A stretch of DNA of 64,000 nucleotides from Bacteroidia bacterium (GTDB taxonomy: Bacteria > Bacteroidota > Bacteroidia > NS11-12g > UBA955), in NCBI GenBank assembly GCA_044377005.1, contig JBILJV010000003.1, forward strand, positions 9,778 to 73,777, written 5' to 3'. Made by a program: the position numbers and the translations under genes. Shown piece by piece: positions 57,125 through 64,000 of the stretch (its first letter is position 1; each line of letters opens with the position of its first letter). The notes below the pieces were generated by a model, which searched no databases, had not been told where the DNA came from, and worked only from the letters and a program-made list of their open reading frames with translations.

Positions 57125-59335
57125 CTAAATCCCTAAAGGAGAATCGCTTGGTTGCCCATACTCTTCAGTGTCTTTTTCCTCAAAATATTGACTACAATCA
57201 AACTCAAAACTAATTTCTTGCTGTGGCCTGTCTATAGGATCAAGCCTAATTCCCAATTCCTTATCTGCACGAGCTTTATTGATAAAATGCGCAAAAATAG
57301 GTAATGCAGAATGTGCACCTTGACCATAATTCGTACTTCTGAATCGTACTTTACGACTGTCGCAACCCACCCAAGAAGCACATACCAAATCTTTTGTTAC
57401 ACCCATAAACCAACCATCACTGTTGCTTTGAGTTGTTCCTGTTTTACCTCCTACCCATCCTTCCACTTTATATCGGTTATGTAAGCGCTGTCCTGTTCCT
57501 CTTTTACAAACACCTTCTAACAACTGACACATAACGTAGGCTTTCTCTTCAGTTAAAACTTGTCTAATTTTTTGAGGTGAAAACTCAGCTAAAATATTTC
57601 CATTTTTGTCTTCAATCCTAGTTATATATGTAGGTTCAACCCAATACCCTTTGTTGGCAAATGTAGCAAAAGCACCCGCCATATCGAAAGGAGAAATATC
57701 TGTAACACCTAAACAAATTGACGGATATGGCTCTAATTTGGCACTGTCTATTCCCATTTTCCTTACAAACTCAATCACATTCTGTGGTGCATTTTCGCCC
57801 AATGTGTACATCACTTGTGCTACTATACAGTTGGTAGAAGAAGCCAATCCTCTGAACATATTCATTGTACCACCATAAGAACCGTCACTGTTACTTATGG
57901 TCCAATTGGGATATGGTGGTGGATTATTAGGGAACTGCATACATGGCGACAATTTATTATCTATAGCCAAAGCATAAACAAACGGTTTGAATGTTGAACC
58001 AACCTGACGACCTGAGCCTTTATTGACATGGTCATATTTGAAATAATGATGATTAATCCCTCCTACCCAAGCTTTTACTTGTCCTGTTGTAGGTTGAATC
58101 GCAATAAACCCAGTATGTAAAAAACGTTTCATATACTTTACAGAATCCAATGGACTCATCATGGTATCGATATCACCTTTCCAACTAAAAACAGTCATTT
58201 TAGTTTTCTTTCTACAAATCTTCATTATTTTAGAAGTATCACCATCAAATTGTTCTTTAAGCAATCTGTATCTTTCTGTTTTGCGCAACTCTTGCATTGG
58301 ATATTCAGGCAAAACTTTCCAATTTTCATCTCTCCAAGGTTCTCTGTTGCCCCACGACTTGTCGAACTGTCCTTGCAATTCAGTTAAGTGCATTTTAACA
58401 GATTCTTCGGCATAAGTCTGTAGTTTGGAATTGATTGTTGTGTAAATTTTCAATCCATCTTTATATAAATTATAATTTTCCCCATTAGGTTTTTTATTTT
58501 CCTTACACCATTTCGTTAAATCACGTTTGAGCCATTCTCTAAAATAAACGGCCAAACCTGAATTGTGGTCTTCGTACTGATAATTAAGCTCAATTGGCAA
58601 TGCCTTTAGGGAATCAAAACCATTCTTGGTTATCTTATCATTACGAAGCATCTGACCTAAAACTGTATTTCTTCTGGCCAACGAGTTGTTCGGATTTCTT
58701 TTGGGATTGTATATGGTTATAGCTTTCAATACACCTACTAAAACTGCCGATTCTTGAATACTAAGCTCAGCAGGTTGTTTATTAAAAAATTCTTTAGAGG
58801 CTGATTTTATACCATAGGAATTTCCCGAAAATTGAACTGTATTCAAATACATGGTTGCTATTTCTTCTTTGGTATATCTTCTTTCGAGTTTAATGGCGAT
58901 AACCCATTCTTTTAGTTTTTGCATGAGCCTTATCGGCAAACTTGGTCTTATACCATCTTCATAATGGAATAAATTTTTGGCAAGTTGTTGGGTTATAGTA
59001 CTGGCACCACCTTTTTTCCCTAAACCTACTACAGCACCCAATAATCGTTTAACATCAATGCCTGAGTGAGTAAAAAAACGCTCATCTTCAGTTGAAATAA
59101 GAGCATCAAACATACTTGGGGCAATATCACGGTAATCAACATTTGAACGCTTTTGAATAAAATACTGGCCCAAAACCACTCCATCTTCACTGTATAATTC
59201 ACTAGCTAGTGCACTTTTAGGATTTTCCAATTCTTCAATGTCAGGCATGTACCCTAAAATTCCTATGTTTATCAAGAAAAAGAACAGAGGAATAGACAAT
59301 AAAAAATAAAGGTAATATTTCCAGAATTTTGACAT
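57125..59335 (-). CDS. mrcA: Class A penicillin-binding protein (bifunctional glycosyltransferase GT51 / transpeptidase, PBP1A-type)
   Basis: The GT51 motifs are EDERFFTHSGID and GASTITQQLAKN. The transpeptidase motifs are STFKP (SxxK) and KTGTT. An N-terminal TM anchor is present. Confidence 0.9.
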   Translation of the reverse strand: MSKFWKYYLYFLLSIPLFFFLINIGILGYMPDIEELENPKSALASELYSEDGVVLGQYFIQKRSNVDYRDIAPSMFDALISTEDERFFTHSGIDVKRLLGAVVGLGKKGGASTITQQLAKNLFHYEDGIRPSLPIRLMQKLKEWVIAIKLERRYTKEEIATMYLNTVQFSGNSYGIKSASKEFFNKQPAELSIQESAVLVGVLKAITIYNPKRNPNNSLARRNTVLGQMLRNDKITKNGFDSLKALPIELNYQYEDHNSGLAVYFREWLKRDLTKWCKENKKPNGENYNLYKDGLKIYTTINSKLQTYAEESVKMHLTELQGQFDKSWGNREPWRDENWKVLPEYPMQELRKTERYRLLKEQFDGDTSKIMKICRKKTKMTVFSWKGDIDTMMSPLDSVKYMKRFLHTGFIAIQPTTGQVKAWVGGINHHYFKYDHVNKGSGRQVGSTFKPFVYALAIDNKLSPCMQFPNNPPPYPNWTISNSDGSYGGTMNMFRGLASSTNCIVAQVMYTLGENAPQNVIEFVRKMGIDSAKLEPYPSICLGVTDISPFDMAGAFATFANKGYWVEPTYITRIEDKNGNILAEFSPQKIRQVLTEEKAYVMCQLLEGVCKRGTGQRLHNRYKVEGWVGGKTGTTQSNSDGWFMGVTKDLVCASWVGCDSRKVRFRSTNYGQGAHSALPIFAHFINKARADKELGIRLDPIDRPQQEISFEFDCSQYFEEKDTEEYGQPSDSPLGI

Positions 59336-59345
59336 AGATGATTAA

Positions 59346-61901
59346 TTATTTATTGTAATTTGTATTGTAAAATGATTCGTAATCTTCGATTACCTTATCG
59401 GTGACAAGTATTGAAAAGTTATCTTTTCCGATAATAAACTGTTTAAAAAACAGACCTAAATTAAGTTCTTCTTTAAATTTAGGATCATTGGCAACGTCTT
59501 TAATGTAACGTTTGGCATCGTCGAGAGATTTGAAGTTATTGACTATTAAAATTTGAAATTTATCCCCTAATAAGGAGTTTGTTACACGCAAACCGTCATT
59601 GGTATATAATACCTTATTTCTATTCAAGAAAGCAATTTTTATCTTAGTAAAATCAACAGCTTTAGGAATTAATAAGATATAAAAATGGTCAATAGACTCG
59701 TTTAAAGTATATTTAGTGCTTACAGATTTTTTTTCTAAAATTTCACCGCGTTTTACTTTTAGTTTATAAACCATTTCTTCGCAACGTTGGGCAATATCTG
59801 TATTAGGATAATTACTAATAATAGCCGTAATTTTTTGTTCAAATGTTCCCATTTCACTTTTTTGAGCATAACACAATGCTTCTACAAAATCATATTGAAT
59901 TTGAAGAGGGCTTCCTGGATTACTAATATCATTTTGTGACTTAAGTTTCAACGCCTCATCATATTTTTTATCTTTATACAAACTGTAAAAAGCTCGGTAT
60001 TGATTTTCAACCTCTTCTGAAATATTATTCTTAGAAGTTTGATTAACCACAGAATCAGAACCTTCAGAGTTTTTCAGAGCAATTAGAAAATTACTTGTAG
60101 AATCGGAAGATTTAATAAGGTTGAAATAAAAATTAAATAGAGAAATATCATTTTTAGTTTGAGCTATTTTGGCCAATAAATACCAAGAATTAAGTTCGTA
60201 GTTATTTTTAGGGTATTTAGTATTGAGCTCAAGCAGCATTTTTTGGGCTTTGTCATATTCCTTTAAATTTTGATAATAAACATTGGCTCCCAAAACATAT
60301 GATTCTGCTATTTCAGACTTCATTTTATCCTTATCTGCTTTAGAAAAAGGGATAGCTTCATAATATTTCTTTCTTTCGTCAGAAACTTTTCCCATTACTT
60401 TTAATTTCTCATCATTGCCATAATCATTGTTTTCTTGCGCATCGTTAACCTCTTTCCAAATAGCAGTCTTATTACTACTAATAGCCCAAAAATCCATTAA
60501 TTTACGAGAACCCCATATTTTTTGAAAATCTTGCAACCCTTTTGTTTTTGCAGTTTGATTATAAAATGGAAAATTCGTAGTTGTTACATTTTGGGTATTT
60601 TGAGCAAATGCATCTTGATTCGTTTTCTGAATTTCTTCAATTCGTTTAGCCTCCAATTCTTTATCCTTCTCTTCCTTAATAAGCTTATCTATCGTTTTTT
60701 CCCTCAATTTTTCATTATCAGCTAATTTCAACAAACTATCTTTCTCTTTAATATTCACCAAATGTTTAATTAGGTCACTAAGCACCAAATTTTTATTTTG
60801 AATACTTTGATAATTAGGGTTTGTCAATTCTACAGTTCTTGCGGCACTGTCGTAATAAACTTGAGCATTTTCGTAATCCTGACTTTTAAAATACAAATCG
60901 GCCAAGGCTAGGTAAGTTAAACTTTTGATACCAATATCGGAAGTTTTAGAAGAAAGTGCATTTCTAAATTCCGAAATTGCTTTAGATTCATTTTTATCTA
61001 ACAGTTCAAGTTGACCTAATTCATAGTAGATTACATCAAAATAATCGATATTTTTATCATCCTTGAGCATGCCTTGTAATAACAATTTAGCATTTCTTAT
61101 TTCCCCTTTGTTTTTAACATTTATGGCTTTTACAATATTTAGCTTAGCATTAAATGCGAATTCATATGGAGGGTTAATTTTAATAACTTTCTTATATTTT
61201 TCAACCCCTTGGTAGTTGTTTTTTGTAATGATATACAATTGAGCTAACACGAAATTGTATCTTATTTTATTCGCTTTGTTTTTAAAATGAGGGAGAGCAT
61301 TTTCAAGCAATTTGATAGCAACAAGATATTTTTCTTGTCTTATATTGACAGCCGCACCTGCAATATCGAGTTGATATAACAAGTGTTTACTGAAAGCTTT
61401 ATTAGTTTTTAATTTAGTATAAAGTGCTTCAGCATCTTCATTTTTCCCTAATTGCAAGTAGGTTATAAGTAAGTTAATTTCAGCTTGATGAGCTGCAGGA
61501 GAATTTTTGAAATTAGAAATGACATATTCATACACTTCAATTGCTGAGTAAAAATCGCCTTTAAAAAAACGGGCATCACCCATTAAAAGGTAGGCATCAT
61601 CGACCCATTTAGACTTACTATGTTTATCAATAATGTATGAGCATTTTTTGATGGCTTCATCCATTTTGGCAGCATTTCCTTTCAAACTACTTTCATCCGG
61701 ATAAGGATATAAGTTGAGTGTTTTTTTAAAATTGTCTTTGTAGCTATTACCGGCTTCTAATTTCGCATCAGTTACAATAACATTCGCATTGTAGTAATAA
61801 TTGTAGTGTGATACAGAATTATGCCAAACTCTTGACAACAATGACTGAGCATCAACAAGACAAGGAAAGAGAAACGATATGAGTAGAAACTTTTTAAACA
61901 A
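59346..61901 (-). CDS. sprE: Large TPR-repeat periplasmic protein, PorW/SprE-like (T9SS/gliding-associated), tentative
   Basis: 851 aa with a signal peptide containing a Cys (FLFPC). The post-signal motif SRVWHNSVSHYNYYYNAN resembles the SprE/PorW N-terminus as I recall it. TPR-like Y/A/L-rich repeats run throughout. The apparent start is TTG. Confidence 0.45.
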   Translation of the reverse strand: MFKKFLLISFLFPCLVDAQSLLSRVWHNSVSHYNYYYNANVIVTDAKLEAGNSYKDNFKKTLNLYPYPDESSLKGNAAKMDEAIKKCSYIIDKHSKSKWVDDAYLLMGDARFFKGDFYSAIEVYEYVISNFKNSPAAHQAEINLLITYLQLGKNEDAEALYTKLKTNKAFSKHLLYQLDIAGAAVNIRQEKYLVAIKLLENALPHFKNKANKIRYNFVLAQLYIITKNNYQGVEKYKKVIKINPPYEFAFNAKLNIVKAINVKNKGEIRNAKLLLQGMLKDDKNIDYFDVIYYELGQLELLDKNESKAISEFRNALSSKTSDIGIKSLTYLALADLYFKSQDYENAQVYYDSAARTVELTNPNYQSIQNKNLVLSDLIKHLVNIKEKDSLLKLADNEKLREKTIDKLIKEEKDKELEAKRIEEIQKTNQDAFAQNTQNVTTTNFPFYNQTAKTKGLQDFQKIWGSRKLMDFWAISSNKTAIWKEVNDAQENNDYGNDEKLKVMGKVSDERKKYYEAIPFSKADKDKMKSEIAESYVLGANVYYQNLKEYDKAQKMLLELNTKYPKNNYELNSWYLLAKIAQTKNDISLFNFYFNLIKSSDSTSNFLIALKNSEGSDSVVNQTSKNNISEEVENQYRAFYSLYKDKKYDEALKLKSQNDISNPGSPLQIQYDFVEALCYAQKSEMGTFEQKITAIISNYPNTDIAQRCEEMVYKLKVKRGEILEKKSVSTKYTLNESIDHFYILLIPKAVDFTKIKIAFLNRNKVLYTNDGLRVTNSLLGDKFQILIVNNFKSLDDAKRYIKDVANDPKFKEELNLGLFFKQFIIGKDNFSILVTDKVIEDYESFYNTNYNK

Positions 61902-61972
61902 TTATTTTTTATTGAATTAAAACCTATTAACTTTGAAAACGCAAATTTATTGTTTGTTAAGTAATTTTTTTC

Positions 61973-62881
61973 ATGGATGATAAACAAAATAAGAGAAAAA
62001 TTTTAAAAAAGCTCAAAAGCAGGTATAGATTGTTTGTTATTAACGAAACAAACTTTCAAGAAAAAGCCTCTTTAAGCCTAACGCCTTTCAACGTATTATT
62101 GGTTGCTAGCGCGGGGTTGCTTATATTTTCACTTATCAGTTGGGGTATCTTTACTTTATTTCCAATTATCAAAGATTACTCTCCCGGATACAATACAGGA
62201 TTGGACGGAAAAGTTAAAAATGAAATTCTTAAAAAGCTAAATAAACTAGAAACTGAGTTAAATATGACTCAAAAAAGGGAACTAGCGCTTAAGCAAATCA
62301 TCAATGGTGAAGAAATTACAGCCTATGATATTCCATATAAAGAGGATAACAGTAGAAAAGTTGAGTTAAGTATTAATGAGACCAAAGCAGATGGTTCGAG
62401 AGTAAAAGATGCCCAACAAAAAATAGAAAGAGCTCAAAAAACAGATCAAAAATCCTCTGAGGGTAAAACAGGTTCTGTTATAGATAATAACATTCAGGAA
62501 GACTATTATAGGGAATATGATGACTTATTCTTTACGCCACTCAAAGGAGAGATTACTCAAACATTTAACATTCAAAATCCATTTATTGAAATAAAACCCA
62601 TTGCAGACGAGACCGTAAAATCAGTTTTAGATGGCACTGTTATTTATAAAGGTTGGACGCCAGATTTTGGTTTTGCTATAGCGATACAACACGACAATAA
62701 TTGGCTATCGGTTTATAAATACAATTTGGGATTATACAAAGAAGTAGGAAGCATAGTGAAGGCTGGTGAAACAATTGGAATTATAGGATATAAAGAAAAC
62801 AAAAAAGACATCAAAAAACTTAGATTTGAATTGTGGCGAAACGGAATAGCAATGAATCCAAATAATTTGATAGTTTTTTAA
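61973..62881 (+). CDS. Membrane-anchored LytM/M23-domain protein with degenerate catalytic residues (EnvC/NlpD-like activator type)
   Basis: TM helix, coiled-coil linker, then a C-terminal LytM-like fold (GTVIYKGWTPDFGFAIAIQHDNNWLSVYKYN...GETIGIIG...LRFELWRNG). The HxxxD and HxH zinc ligands are missing. Confidence 0.7.
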   Translation: MDDKQNKRKILKKLKSRYRLFVINETNFQEKASLSLTPFNVLLVASAGLLIFSLISWGIFTLFPIIKDYSPGYNTGLDGKVKNEILKKLNKLETELNMTQKRELALKQIINGEEITAYDIPYKEDNSRKVELSINETKADGSRVKDAQQKIERAQKTDQKSSEGKTGSVIDNNIQEDYYREYDDLFFTPLKGEITQTFNIQNPFIEIKPIADETVKSVLDGTVIYKGWTPDFGFAIAIQHDNNWLSVYKYNLGLYKEVGSIVKAGETIGIIGYKENKKDIKKLRFELWRNGIAMNPNNLIVF

Positions 62882-62894
62882 TAATATTGCAACC

Positions 62895-63269
62895 ATGTTG
62901 AATAAAAATAACAAAAGTGAAACTGCACAGAATGCCGCTTTAAATATGATAGGGGCAGGAACGCTAATCAAAGGTGATTTAACATCAGAAGGAGATTTAA
63001 GAATTGATGGTTCAATTGATGGAAATGTCATTTCTAAGTCAAAAATAGCGATGGGTGTAAGTGCTTCTATAAAAGGGGATGTAAAAGCCAGGAGTGCAGA
63101 TGTTTCAGGAAAAATAATTGGAGATGTTGAAATAACAGAAACTCTATTTTTGAGAGCTAGTGCCAAAATATATGGAAATATAAAAACCAACAAAATTGTT
63201 ATAGAAAGTGGTGCTGAGTTTAACGGACATTGCAATATGAATCAAACTTCAAATATTGAATCAAAATAA
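62895..63269 (+). CDS. Bactofilin (CcmA-type polymer-forming cytoskeletal protein)
   Basis: IGAGTLIKGDLTSEGDLRIDGSIDGNV...KGDVKARSADVSGKIIGDV...IYGNIKTNKIVIESGAEFNG is a beta-helix repeat pattern. Confidence 0.85.
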   Translation: MLNKNNKSETAQNAALNMIGAGTLIKGDLTSEGDLRIDGSIDGNVISKSKIAMGVSASIKGDVKARSADVSGKIIGDVEITETLFLRASAKIYGNIKTNKIVIESGAEFNGHCNMNQTSNIESK

Positions 63270-63456
63270 AAAATTAAATAACATTGTTAAATTTTCAGGA
63301 TTAGGAATACAAATGGCATTATTTGTTGTCATTTTAACCTTCGCTGGAAAATGGATAGACCAATTTTTTTTATTTAAGTTTCCAATTTTTACAATAGTTG
63401 GTGTTTTTATTGGACTAATTGGCGCAATGTATTACATGATTAAACAACTAAAATAA
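63256..63456 (+). CDS. AtpZ/AtpI-family small membrane protein (atp operon leader gene)
   Basis: FSGLGIQMALFVVILTFAGKWIDQ plus a second TM helix, positioned upstream of atpB. TTG start overlapping the bactofilin 3' end. Confidence 0.6.
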   Translation: MNQNKKLNNIVKFSGLGIQMALFVVILTFAGKWIDQFFLFKFPIFTIVGVFIGLIGAMYYMIKQLK

Positions 63457-63866
63457 TGAAACAAAAACATACAATAACAAATTTTTTTCTTTTAATCGGA
63501 CTATCAATTTTAAGTTTTGTAATTCCCAAGCTGGCAACAAGTAATACAGATTCAATTTACCTAAGTGGAATATTAATTATTTATTTTATAGCCTTTAGTT
63601 TTGGAACACATAAAATAATTCAATCAATTAACACTAATCAAAGTAGATTCAATGCAGTTTTTTTTGGTGTTACGGGACTTAGAATGATATTAATCATTTT
63701 TTTATTCCTTATATACTTATTAATCAGTAACATAACTAACAAAATAGGGATTGTATTTTTAATTTGTTCATATTTTATCTTTATGGGTTTTGAAATTAAA
63801 ATAATCCTTCATAAATTGCGCCCCGATTTAGGAAATCAAAAAGCCAACGAAAATGCCCGAAAATAA
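63456..63866 (+). CDS. Small polytopic membrane protein (about 4 TM helices) in the atp-operon leader position
   Basis: 136 aa, hydrophobic throughout. ATGA-type overlap with the preceding gene. I recognise no family. Confidence 0.45.
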   Translation: MKQKHTITNFFLLIGLSILSFVIPKLATSNTDSIYLSGILIIYFIAFSFGTHKIIQSINTNQSRFNAVFFGVTGLRMILIIFLFLIYLLISNITNKIGIVFLICSYFIFMGFEIKIILHKLRPDLGNQKANENARK

Positions 63867-64000
63867 AGGACTTTCAAAAATAACAAATTTCAAGATTTTA
63901 TCTTTTGCTTGCTTAATTCTGCTTTTGCAAAGCTCTGTTTTACTTGCGTCAGACCATAGTTCAGACACAAACAATCATTCAAATGAACAGCACCAAGGTG
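63853..64000 (+). CDS. atpB: Probable start of the F0F1 ATP synthase subunit a gene (partial, runs off the window)
   Basis: My own translation from ATG 63853 is open to the window end: MPENKGLSKITNFKILSFACLILLLQSSVLLASDHSSDTNNHSNEQHQG. A signal-like N-terminus followed by a His-rich stretch is typical of Bacteroidota subunit a. The context after atpZ also fits. Confidence 0.45.
   Translation, partial: MPENKGLSKITNFKILSFACLILLLQSSVLLASDHSSDTNNHSNEQHQG

Noticed and set aside
62732-63235. A 167 aa ORF antisense to the M23 3' end and the bactofilin gene
   Set aside because: The bactofilin and LytM calls on the plus strand carry clear family signatures. The antisense ORF is hydrophobic low-complexity sequence spanning an intergenic gap.
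1-64000. A search by eye for tRNA, rRNA, CRISPR, IS elements, integrases or prophage genes
   Set aside because: All intergenic regions over 60 nt are AT-rich, with no GC-rich cloverleaf-like segments. No transposase, integrase or phage-like ORFs and no terminal inverted repeats were seen. Covariance-model scans (tRNAscan-SE, Infernal) would be needed to exclude small ncRNAs.

Overview
This looks like a chromosomal segment of a low-GC Bacteroidota genome, probably Flavobacteriia-like. Four things support that: T9SS type-B C-terminal sorting domains, TAnnTTTG-type -7 promoter boxes, a b558-type sdhCAB operon, and a PorW/SprE-like TPR protein. Most of the window is core housekeeping: pepT, an ABC-F ATPase, pdhB, rplM-rpsI-rpsB-tsf, sdhCAB, nth, lipB, sucD, rocD, mnmE, a class A PBP and the start of the atp operon. 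Cell-surface content is interspersed with it. There are three large PKD-repeat proteins (2788, 704 and 1835 aa), each ending in a gliding-motility/T9SS type-B C-terminal domain. There are also two ECF sigma/anti-sigma-like pairs, nucleotide-sugar and glycosyltransferase genes, and a LemA-TPM-TPM trio. I see two accessory-looking regions. (1) A McrBC-type restriction module at the left edge (1..3797) has a long unassigned N-terminal region in McrB and a frame-broken McrC. (2) A very AT-rich ~3.4 kb island (35.3-38.7 kb) lies between sdhB and an AIM24-family gene. It consists of a tandemly duplicated ~0.55 kb unit (hairpin, promoter region, small XRE regulator), each copy followed by different orphan lipoprotein or secreted-protein genes. 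The most system-like novelty candidate is the operon at 48.7-55.7 kb. There an ECF sigma factor is translationally coupled to a membrane-anchored anti-sigma-like protein that itself ends in a T9SS type-B sorting domain, followed by a giant type-B cargo protein. I found no rRNA, tRNA, CRISPR array, transposase or integrase. All calls rest on reading the sequence and ORF translations by eye; no database search was run.
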